DNA of 63,811 nucleotides, the filler included, from Pseudomonadota bacterium (GTDB lineage Bacteria; Desulfobacterota; Desulfobacteria; Desulfobacterales; JBDRRP01), in assembly GCA_043825735.1 (NCBI GenBank). It is 7 parts of 7 records of this genome, joined end to end, with 100 filler letters (N's around TTAATTAATTAA, not from the genome) between each part and the next. Parts side by side here need not be neighbours in the genome. Positions count along the whole stretch, not along the records: positions 19,872 to 47,224 come from JBDRRP010000005.1; positions 47,325 to 56,602 come from JBDRRP010000007.1; 5 more parts are not named here. The stretch is one strand, 5' to 3'. Position numbers and translations under genes: made by a program. The number at the start of each line of letters is the position of its first letter. The stretch's first letter is position 1. Under the pieces are notes generated by a model. The model saw only the letters and a list, made by a program, of their open reading frames with translations. It was not told where the DNA came from and did not search any database. Below, piece after piece: positions 43,317-51,578 of the stretch.

Positions 43317-43514
43317 TTACACCTCCCTTTTTAAAAGTTCTGATTCGTCCATCTGAAAATAGTTCACAAGTTGTCGCACCTGATAACTTGTCGGTGGCCT
43401 TTTGTTATTGATAATGAAATTCAGGGCCGTCCTGCTCATTTTCAGTTCTTTTGCCAGTTTTGTCTGTGTTAATCCTCTTTTCTTCAATATATAAAATAAC
43501 GCTGTTTTTCGCAT
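43317..43514 (-). CDS. XRE/Cro-type HTH regulator
   Basis: KKRGLTQTKLAKELKMSRTALNFIINNKR.P. Confidence 0.85.
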   Translation of the reverse strand: MRKTALFYILKKRGLTQTKLAKELKMSRTALNFIINNKRPPTSYQVRQLVNYFQMDESELLKREV

Positions 43515-43748
43515 AAATACCCTTTCTTTATATTTGATGTATACTTGCATATGCTTTTTCAATAATAATCGATTCTTGAGCGTAATATGACATTAAAAGT
43601 GTGTTCCTGAGATAAGATCAAGCGTGACGCGAGGCTATATTTCTGCCCCAAATAGTATTTACTCCCATAATGTTGTTCTTTCTTATAATGTTTGTTTTGT
43701 TTAATATAAGATTTTATATAGTAAAGAATTATAAAGCAGTTAAAAAAT

Positions 43749-43984
43749 GATTCGCGTAGCGAATCTGGTTTGAGAACTAATCCCGAAGGGATTAGTGATC
43801 TGTAAAATTTGCTTTTTTATCTTTTTTAATATCTTTAATATATCTTTAATAAGTATCTTTAATAATATCTATATAAAGTGTAGTTTTTAAACTATTTCTC
43901 CGTAGCTTATTTGCTTTTCTACCGTAGCAAATAAGCTACGGCAGAATAGCTTATTTGCTTTTCTACCGTAGCTTATTTGCTACG
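43749..43984. promoter_or_regulatory. Putative replication origin: four iterons, AT-rich repeats and two hairpins
   Basis: TAGCTTATTTGCT at 43903, 43926 (inverted), 43947 and 43969; TATCTTTAATA x3; hairpins 43749-43765 and 43776-43796. Confidence 0.75.
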
Positions 43985-43989
43985 AAAAA

Positions 43990-44439
43990 CTAAGATACTT
44001 TTTTCAAAACTTTCTTAAAATCTTCCATCCAACACAGTGTAAAACGATGATATGAAGAATGAGTATTTCCGTTTTGAATATGATTTGAATGATGTTTAAC
44101 TAAACCAGCATTTACTAATTCAGTTCGCATTTTTTTTAATGATACTTCAGAAACATTGATAGCTTTTGCAATATTTTCATAAGTATCTGTCCACTGTCCA
44201 TAATTTTCACTGTCAATATTAAATTGCGCCCTCTTATTTAAATACAGTAATAATTTAAGAGCACCCGCTGACTTCAACTTCATAATCTGTTCTTCCATAA
44301 AATGTGGCATCCTTTGAAATAGAAAGTTATTTTTCAATTTTGAATATTCTTTTTTACACTCTGATAAATACTCGCACTTGAAACATTTTTTGGAACCAAA
44401 TAATTTGCACTCACCGACTTCTTGTTTTTCTTTAGCCAT
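43990..44439 (-). CDS. Putative replication initiator (Cys-rich N-terminus + winged HTH)
   Basis: LKSAGALKLLLYL..TYENIAKAINVSEVSLKK..ELVNAGLV; stops next to the iterons. Confidence 0.65.
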   Translation of the reverse strand: MAKEKQEVGECKLFGSKKCFKCEYLSECKKEYSKLKNNFLFQRMPHFMEEQIMKLKSAGALKLLLYLNKRAQFNIDSENYGQWTDTYENIAKAINVSEVSLKKMRTELVNAGLVKHHSNHIQNGNTHSSYHRFTLCWMEDFKKVLKKVS

Positions 44440-44816
44440 TAAGATATCCCCTCTGTTTTGTTCAACTTCGACAAGTAGACATATCAAAGAAAGAGAGGAG
44501 GACGTTCCTGATATGTCTACTTGTCTAATGACGCCATGCCTGACGTAGTTGAAAGTTGTTAGTTAAAAAACTTGGTATCTATATGATAGTAAAATATTTC
44601 ATTCGATCAATTTTACTTCTGTTACATTTAGATAATAGAATTTTTCATCGTTTCAAGTTTTGCCTATATATTTAGATAATAAAGTTTTCGGCATTTTCTT
44701 TGTAAATGCTTTACTATCAATGCTCTTAACGACTATGCTAATTAAACGTCTCTCATCTCTAATTTAATTATAATATATTCTTTTTAGTTTTAAAAAAATA
44801 TATGTAACATTTGAAT

Positions 44817-44861
44817 AAAAAAATGCTGCGGCTATCATAAAGACAACCGCAGCATTTTTTT
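44817..44861. terminator. Bidirectional terminator
   Basis: A7-TGCTGCGG-loop-CCGCAGCA-T7. Confidence 0.8.
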
Positions 44862-44874
44862 GCGGAAAGTTGTT

Positions 44875-45168
44875 TTATTTATTTTTCTTTATACATTTCT
44901 TAATTATTTCAAAAAACTTACTATTATCGTATATTGGAATATGGACAGATCTATAAAATTTCTTTGTAACGGTCATATCAATATACTTGTTAACATCAAT
45001 ATCAGAATATTCTATATTGTTATTATTTGCGTAAGATTCTAACTCTTCTCTTATCTCACATGCGATTTGATAGACTTTACCTTTATAAGGCCTACCGTAT
45101 TCTAAATCATCAATAATATTTTTTATATCTTCGATTGGATCTGAAATAACATTAACAATTTTCTTCAT
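44875..45168 (-). CDS. Hypothetical protein
   Basis: ORF track; coupled to the DUF3102 gene. Confidence 0.6.
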   Translation of the reverse strand: MKKIVNVISDPIEDIKNIIDDLEYGRPYKGKVYQIACEIREELESYANNNNIEYSDIDVNKYIDMTVTKKFYRSVHIPIYDNSKFFEIIKKCIKKNK

Positions 45169-45170
45169 AA

Positions 45171-45776
45171 TTATTTATCCTTTCTTTCTTGTCTGTTGTC
45201 TTCGTATTCGGACCACATTTCATTTATCTGGTTGTTTAGCTTTTCAAGAATCTCTTTCATCTCAAAAACTTTATCAGAGATCTTTGTAAATTCATTTACG
45301 TTTTCACTTTTCAATTCAAATTTCGCAATCTGCTTTTCAGCTTTTTTAATTACTGGCTTTGTTTGTTCGACTTGCTCAATAAATGAGGGCCAACTGAATT
45401 TATTGTATTTGCGTTTTGGAGGTGTCTCAGGTTCTTTTGGTTCATCTTTCTTTGTAACAGCCTTTGGTGTTACAGATTTCTTGCGCTTTGAATTTATAAA
45501 GTCGGTTAAATTCAAATCACTCTGTTCAAGTTCTTCAGCACTTTCGAACGCTTTAATGTAAGTTATTGCTGTAGCTTGTGTAAAATTACAATTAGCTTTT
45601 AACCACTTCCCCCAGTTCCCGTGGCCCAAATCATCTTTTATTGGCTTTAGAAGCGAACCGAGTTCTATAGCTACAAATTTCTTTTCAGTTCTGATCGCTT
45701 CGATTTCTTCATCTTTTTTCTTATACTGTGAATGTAGTTCATTGATCGTTTTAACAACTTCATCATATTTTTGCAT
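45171..45776 (-). CDS. DUF3102-like phage protein
   Basis: ELG.LL..IK..LGHGNWGKWL..NCNF...TA..YIK. Confidence 0.75.
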   Translation of the reverse strand: MQKYDEVVKTINELHSQYKKKDEEIEAIRTEKKFVAIELGSLLKPIKDDLGHGNWGKWLKANCNFTQATAITYIKAFESAEELEQSDLNLTDFINSKRKKSVTPKAVTKKDEPKEPETPPKRKYNKFSWPSFIEQVEQTKPVIKKAEKQIAKFELKSENVNEFTKISDKVFEMKEILEKLNNQINEMWSEYEDNRQERKDK

Positions 45777-46182
45777 AATTAAAATCTCCTACAAATTTAA
45801 AAATAACTTTTCCAATTTTAAATTTCACACATTACATTAATTGACAGTTGCGATTAAACTTCTTTTCACGTCCCGCTCACTGGCTTCATTAAAGAGTTAT
45901 TGCGGGTTAGTCAGGGACAACACCCTGCCGAAATCCCAGGACACTTAAGCCGATTGGATTTCTAACGGTTTTTCCGGATACCGCTTAACCTTCTAATTGT
46001 GTCATGGTTCGCTGCTACCTCTTTACGTTAAAAGTTTTAATAAAATAAATATTTCTAAAACGCTGACCATTACATTACCTATTCCCTATGTAACATATTT
46101 AAATATTCGGCGTTTAACGTTCTATTTACAAATAACTGATATTGTGGCATAATTATTTTAATATCCGCTACCAGAACGGACC

Positions 46183-46707
46183 ATGAAAAACAAATATCTC
46201 AGGAATTCTAAGATCTCAGAGTTCCAGTTCAGGAAACTGGTGCGACTGTTTTGTGAGCGACCGCTTTATGGGTCAAGTCACGGATATGTTGAGGAAATTT
46301 CCCGGGATAGGATTAAGTTGAACGAAAAAACAGTATACCGGTATTTTGGTTTGATCCGCTCCACAATTGTTCAGTACGTCGAGGAAGAAATGATAGGGCA
46401 GTCAGATGATGCGGTTAAGAATCAACTAACCACATTGTATAAAAATGATACTCATTTCCAGCATCTTGTAGATGTAAGAATTACAAACGATAATATTATT
46501 TCAGATAGCTACATTTATAAATTATTTTGTGAACTTTACTTCCATTACATTTATACTAAGCAGCAACCTGATACTGAATCGGGTGTAAATTCAAAATATC
46601 TAAGACTACTTCATATATTTAAAGAAACCAGGAAAAATCGTGATTGGGACGCAAAGGCTAAGTTTATTGAATTTGCGGAAGAATATTTTAAAAGGGCGGA
46701 GGATTGA
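46183..46707 (+). CDS. Divergent protein with an IS1595-like N-terminal HTH; putative regulator
   Basis: MKNKYLRNSKISEFQFRKLVRLF..LNEKTVYRYFGLIR; no DDE domain follows. Confidence 0.55.
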   Translation: MKNKYLRNSKISEFQFRKLVRLFCERPLYGSSHGYVEEISRDRIKLNEKTVYRYFGLIRSTIVQYVEEEMIGQSDDAVKNQLTTLYKNDTHFQHLVDVRITNDNIISDSYIYKLFCELYFHYIYTKQQPDTESGVNSKYLRLLHIFKETRKNRDWDAKAKFIEFAEEYFKRAED

Positions 46708-46871
46708 CTTAAATCGAACCACATAGACAGACACTCGTCAAGCCCTGATCGTTGATCCTGGGCTATCTGAGAGCGATGTTCATACCCATTAGGACTTAGA
46801 ATCTGCTTGACATACTATTTTTAGGGGAGGATGATTAAGCATTTACAGAAATCACACTAATTGGGGGGGGT

Positions 46872-47117
46872 ATGGAATTTTTTAAAGAACGTTTTGAGCA
46901 GCACGAGTTCCACAAAAGTTTTATCGATGTCAAAACTATAATTGAAGAACTACTCACTATAGAGAACGATGATGAAATAGTCTCAAGTCTTTTGAGACTT
47001 GTCAAAGTATTAAGTTTCGGAAATACAATTTTAGAACAAATTGATCCAGATATTTTTCCTGTTAAGTCGCTTGATAATATGAATAACTCAACTTTCGGGG
47101 TTGAGCTTGGGCAGTAA
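46872..47117 (+). pseudogene. Cargo ORF, probably truncated near 47087 by an IS end
   Basis: The ORF runs into CTCAACTTTCGGGGTTGAG about 140 bp before the contig break. Confidence 0.45.
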
Positions 47118-47224
47118 AAATATGACCTATCTTGCTGATTTCATGAAGAAATAAGTTGAAGAGCCCAATCCGTTGATTTATAGTGGATTTGCGACAATTC
47201 ACAATAATATCAACAGGAAAGGGC

Positions 47225-47324
47225 NNNNNNNNNNNNNNNNNNNNNNNNNNNNNNNNNNNNNNNNNNNNTTAATTAATTAANNNNNNNNNNNNNNNNNNNN
47301 NNNNNNNNNNNNNNNNNNNNNNNN
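47225..47324. other. Artificial contig-joining spacer
   Basis: N-run + TTAATTAATTAA + N-run. Confidence 0.99.
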
Positions 47325-47463
47325 CTGGATTGCCGCCAAGGCTACCTTGGCTTTGAACTCGGCACTGTGCGTTTTTCGTCTCTTCCCCATTGTCAGATCC
47401 TCCTTGGTTGAAGTGGTCTGACTCTTAGCTTAGCACATTGTCCGAATTTCGGGGTCCACCGCA
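47325..47463 (-). mobile_element. Left end of an IS3-family element (IRL and start of OrfA)
   Basis: TGCGGTGGACCCCGAAATTCGGACA terminus; ATG at 47390 gives MGKRRKTHSAEFKAKVALAAIQ. Confidence 0.85.
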
Positions 47464-47784
47464 GATGGCCACGGTGACATAAGACAAGAACATTAAAAAC
47501 ATCAGCTCCGACACGACAGCGACGCTGTAACTCTCTGATAAATGCTCTGCCCACTGCATGCTGAAGGAAGGAAGCATCAGGGCGATACCGATCAGCAGTA
47601 TACGCCGCGTCTGGCTCACCGCATAGACGGCGGAAAGGAAGACAAGGCTGACAAAAATCCTGAGAAACACCTGGGTAAAATGCATTCCGGTCACGGTCAG
47701 CACCGGTTGAATCAACAGCAGCAGAAACATGGATATGAGAAGAAACAGGAACCGGTTTTCCTTGAATGCGGAGAGGATAGGCAT
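47464..47784 (-). pseudogene. Membrane (potassium-channel-family-like) gene truncated by IS3
   Basis: Hydrophobic helices RFLFLLISMF..SAVYAV; the frame runs into the IS terminus. Confidence 0.65.
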
Positions 47785-48255
47785 TTAGCTTCTCAACGTG
47801 GCCACCAAGCGAAGGGGCCGGATCAATAGTTCCAGGGTGCTGAGGATATCAGTGGCCACCACGTCGGCTTCCAGGAGAGTCAGGCCCGCAGCCCCTTCTG
47901 CCAGGATGACGGCGACGCCCAGGGCGGCGGCCCGCAGCATGCGACGATCGTTTCGCCCGTTACCCACGGCCACCACCGTATCGGCGCCCAGTTGCCGCAC
48001 ATAGGCTTCCTTGGCCCGGTCCTGCTGACCCGCGCCCAGCACGGTGACGATGCAGGGCACATCGGCCATCTCGGTTTTTACCCGGCCAAAGGTATCCGCC
48101 GTCAGGACGTGGACGGTAAGCTGACCGGCCAGATGCCTGAGCGTCGCCTTGACCCCCTCGATGGGAACGCCGTCAACTGCCAGGGTGCCGTTGTAGTCGA
48201 GCACGATGTGCTCCAGATTGAGCACACCAAAGTCCGGTATGTCGATGTGGATCAT
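47785..48255 (-). CDS. Small HAD hydrolase (soluble P-type ATPase-like)
   Basis: LDYNGTLA, TADTFG, GNGRND. Confidence 0.85.
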   Translation of the reverse strand: MIHIDIPDFGVLNLEHIVLDYNGTLAVDGVPIEGVKATLRHLAGQLTVHVLTADTFGRVKTEMADVPCIVTVLGAGQQDRAKEAYVRQLGADTVVAVGNGRNDRRMLRAAALGVAVILAEGAAGLTLLEADVVATDILSTLELLIRPLRLVATLRS

Positions 48256-48329
48256 GGTGTCCTTCGGATAAGGTTGATCGGTTGAAGGCCCAACACTGAT
48301 GGCCATGTCAAAAATCTGAAATCACCACG

Positions 48330-48548
48330 GTTGCTGGGCTCTTGATCCATGGAAGACTGCCCGACGAGTCGGCGAAACTTCTCTGCCACCGTGTTCAGTG
48401 TGGCCGCGTCCATATTCACCAGGATGGCAACGAACTCCTCTCCCCCCCAGCGACCGATCACATCGAAAACGCGGGCGTTGGAAGACAGCGTGCGTGCTAC
48501 CATTTTGAGTACCTGATCGCCCACCTCGTGTCCATAGGTATCGTTCAC
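48330..48548 (-). pseudogene. GGDEF diguanylate cyclase internal fragment
   Basis: VNDTYGHEVGD..GRWGGEEF; both ends missing. Confidence 0.75.
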
Positions 48549-49442
48549 CTATTGCATCAACGCCACGATGCGCGCGTAAGCAGCCATACCCGTGAGCCAG
48601 TTCTGCGGAATGGCCGCCGTTCCCAGATGAGCCCCAAGGACCATCCCCACGATCATCCCCCGGGCGGCCGAATCGCCGCCGGCCATGACATTTTCCACCA
48701 GTGCCGTCTTTAGATCGTCGGGGTAGCGGGTCAGCAGGTGGATGACGGCCGGAAACGCCGCTCCGATGCTGCACTGCTGGCCAAAGTCTTTGATGACGGA
48801 CCGGGTATCGCGCCCGGCGCTGGCAAAGCCTTTGGCCACCCAGTCGCTGACGGAGGAACGGTCAAAACGGGCGGCCACCGTCTCCACCGCTGCCACGGGT
48901 GCGCTGCCTGCGACCACCGCCGCCGCGACGCGGGCAAAGAACTCGGCGGCATCCACCACATCCTGCTGGTTGTGGGTCAGCGCCGTTTGCTGGCGCGCAG
49001 CAGCAGCGAATCGCTCCGGATCTTCCGCAAACAGTGCCCCCAGCGGCGCGATCCGGGAGGCCCCGCCCAGGTCGGTGGACCCTGATCCGGCCTTTTCCCA
49101 CGACGCGCCTTCGGAAAGATTTTCCAGTGTCGCCCGGGTGGCGTGATCCCGGTAGCCGGTGTAACCCGCGAACATGCGCTGCCAGTCGCCGGCAAACCGG
49201 GCGGGGTCGAAGGACTTTTCCGCCATTACCGATTCCAGCAGCATGAGCGCCTGATCCCCGTAATGGGTGAACTGCCCGCGGCGTTTGCCCTTGTGAAAAG
49301 TCGTGGGCAGCGGATCCCGAAGGTCTTCCACCCGGCCGAACGCGGTGTCGATTTGGGCCGTATCATAAATCCAGTGCGGCCCCAGGGCAAGCGCGTCAGC
49401 TGCAAAGGAGGCCAGCACTAACGCCTTCATAGTATCTTTCAT
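48549..49442 (-). CDS. ADP-ribosylglycohydrolase family protein
   Basis: ADALALG, THYGDQ, GGDSAARG. Confidence 0.88.
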   Translation of the reverse strand: MKDTMKALVLASFAADALALGPHWIYDTAQIDTAFGRVEDLRDPLPTTFHKGKRRGQFTHYGDQALMLLESVMAEKSFDPARFAGDWQRMFAGYTGYRDHATRATLENLSEGASWEKAGSGSTDLGGASRIAPLGALFAEDPERFAAAARQQTALTHNQQDVVDAAEFFARVAAAVVAGSAPVAAVETVAARFDRSSVSDWVAKGFASAGRDTRSVIKDFGQQCSIGAAFPAVIHLLTRYPDDLKTALVENVMAGGDSAARGMIVGMVLGAHLGTAAIPQNWLTGMAAYARIVALMQ

Positions 49443-49623
49443 GGCAATGTCCTTTCCGGTGATACCGTTTACATAGCATGGGTGTACTGGTGCCAAGATA
49501 ACTTCTTGTCGATGGCAGGTCAATGCAGCCACCGTTGTCAGGCCCGCAATCATTTTGGAACCTGTCTTAAAAAATCTTTTACGCTTATGCAGAAAGCGCC
49601 AGCCATTTCATAGGTGGTTTTCT

Positions 49624-49660
49624 CGAAATCGAAATCGCTATCGGGATCGAAATCGATTTT
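49624..49660. repeat. Short 6-mer tandem repeat (ATCGAA-like)
   Basis: CGAAATCGAAATCGCTATCGGGATCGAAATCG. Confidence 0.6.
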
Positions 49661-49682
49661 AACAATCGGAGATGGGTTCTAG

Positions 49683-49822
49683 GGGCTGTTTCTAAATTAG
49701 GATTTTGGTTCAAGGTCAAGGCGGCCGTGAGGTTTCAACCGGAGGAATACTGGTGTATTTCGAGGATTGAAACCGATCGCCCAACGCAGAGATTGGGCCA
49801 AAAGACAATTTAGAAACAGCCC
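49683..49822. mobile_element. 140-bp MITE with 16-bp terminal inverted repeats and CTAG target duplication
   Basis: CTAG|GGGCTGTTTCTAAATT ... AATTTAGAAACAGCCC|CTAG. Confidence 0.85.
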
Positions 49823-50563
49823 CTAGTAGCGCTTCCCGTCAGGAGCCATCATGGGGACAAACCGCACCGGAATGATATTCTCCTGAAGGATCCGGCCGTT
49901 GACTTTTCTAAGCAGCACCAGTTCCTGGGCGCTGCGCTCGCCCACCGGAATCACCATCAGGCCCCCCTCGGCCAACTGTTCTTCCAGGGGCCGGGGGATA
50001 TGCGTGGGCGAGCAGGTGACGATGATGGCATCGAACGGGGCGGCTTCAGGCCATCCCTGGTACCCGTCGCCGATGCGGATGTGAACATTGCCGTACCCCA
50101 GGTCCTTCAGTGTCATCTCTGCGCCGCGCCCCAGCGCTGAGATGATCTCTATGGAGTAGACCTCACGACAGAGCTCTGCCAGAACGGCTGCCTGGTAGCC
50201 GGAACCGGTGCCCACCTCCAGAACCCGCTTTTGCGGTCCGGGCTCCAGAGCCGCCGTCATCAGGGCGACGATATACGGCTGGCTGATGGTCTGCCCGCTG
50301 CCGATGGGCAGGGGCCGGTCCGCATAGGCATGGCGCCGCTGGCCGTATGGAACGAACCGGTGGCGCGGCACGGTGCGCATGGCCCTCAAGACGTCCGCAT
50401 GCCTCACCCCGCGGCCGATGATCTGCGCACTGACCATCGCTTCCCGGGCCTGCCGGTACTTGGCGTCGTCCTCATCGGCGTCAACGCATCGAGAAGACAG
50501 CGCAAACACCAGCGCCAAAAGAAACGCCGGCCAAATGCCCAGGGCCCTGCATCGCCGGATCAT
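49823..50563 (-). CDS. pcm: Protein-L-isoaspartate O-methyltransferase with a signal-peptide-like N-terminus
   Basis: GQTISQPY, LEVGTGSGY, GDGYQGWPEAAPFD, VRFVP. Confidence 0.93.
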   Translation of the reverse strand: MIRRCRALGIWPAFLLALVFALSSRCVDADEDDAKYRQAREAMVSAQIIGRGVRHADVLRAMRTVPRHRFVPYGQRRHAYADRPLPIGSGQTISQPYIVALMTAALEPGPQKRVLEVGTGSGYQAAVLAELCREVYSIEIISALGRGAEMTLKDLGYGNVHIRIGDGYQGWPEAAPFDAIIVTCSPTHIPRPLEEQLAEGGLMVIPVGERSAQELVLLRKVNGRILQENIIPVRFVPMMAPDGKRY

Positions 50564-50676
50564 GGCACCCTCCAAAATCACTCGTATGGGTTATGGATCG
50601 ATTGCGCCATTGCCGCTGAAACCGGTGCCCGCAAGCCAGAAACTCAAGACCAGAAAGAAGGGCAAAAAAAACCATT

Positions 50677-50950
50677 CTCGCGCAGAGACGCGGAGACGCA
50701 GAGGGAATGCGGCGCTAAGCGCCGTAGAAACGGTGTGGTTTCAACGGTCGCTCTCGAATGGTCGTTTTATAATCGCCACGAAGTTCACGAATTTATTATA
50801 ACCCTGGTGTAAAGGGTTTTCTTCGTGGCCTTCGTGTTCTTCGTGGTTAACCATTCAATGGTTCGGATAATGTCAATGTGACCACTCTGGGCAAGCGTAT
50901 TTTTTATTTTTGTCCTTGCAGTTCTCTGCGCCTTGGCGTCTCTGCGCGAG
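50677..50950. repeat. Nested repeats: a CACGAAG-type element (50775-50848) inside a CGCAGAG-type element
   Basis: Outer arms 50677-50703 and 50924-50950; inner arms 50775-50791 and 50821-50848. Confidence 0.8.
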
Positions 50951-51032
50951 ATCGGGTTTGGGGTTGCGGTTTTTGGCCTCTTGCTTGCCATAACAATGCG
51001 CTGGCACCATAAACACGATCAAGCCACTCATT

Positions 51033-51357
51033 TCAGGGCGCCACCGTGGTCGACAGCAGTCCGTCTCGATTGAGAATGATGCCCCGCCGGGTGAGACCGT
51101 CCAGCACTTCGCTGTAGCACGCCTGGGTGTCGCCGTCGAAATAGAGCGCCACGGTTTCCGGAAACCAGACGGTACCCTTGAGCTGCTGATAAAAATCCGA
51201 TGCCGGCACAGGCCCCCGCATGAGCAGCGTATAGACCATAATCTTTTTCAAAAGATCCCGGCCCATGCGCCGGGGATCATCGATAAACGAGGTGGTTGGC
51301 GCTGAGATATCCACGCTCGATAAAAAACAAATCCGGCAGGATCTCTAACGGCGTCAT
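51033..51357 (-). pseudogene. MBL-fold hydrolase gene with a large internal deletion
   Basis: SD + MTPLEILPDLFFIERGYLSANHLVYR joined out of frame to a C-terminal-like segment FIDDPRRMGRDLLKKIMVYTLLM. Confidence 0.6.
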
Positions 51358-51578
51358 GGTCTCGCCTCCACAGGAGGGGTCATCGTGTGCGCGCACCCAT
51401 CATGACGGTTTCCGAATAGGAATTCAAGCGCAACGACAGGTGGCAATCGTTTCCGGGCTGAAGACGGCCAAAAAGCCCCTTGCAAACGCCGTACTTGAGG
51501 TTAAGATGGACCGAGTAACTGTACCACACAACAGACACTATCTGTAATCGGCCTCGCTGATTGTGGAAGGACTTTTCA

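Larger units (their letters stand above)
38438..47224 (-). mobile_element. AT-rich integrative element, phage-satellite-like; right end not in this contig
   Basis: Sharp drop in GC; serine recombinase at the junction; phage-type small ORFs, protease, Rep and iterons; no capsid or tail genes seen. Confidence 0.85.

Noticed and set aside
46719..46726. CCACATAG, an inverted copy of the junction sequence CTATGTGG, as the second att site
   Set aside because: Wrong orientation, only 8 bp, and the DUF4442 3' half does not follow.
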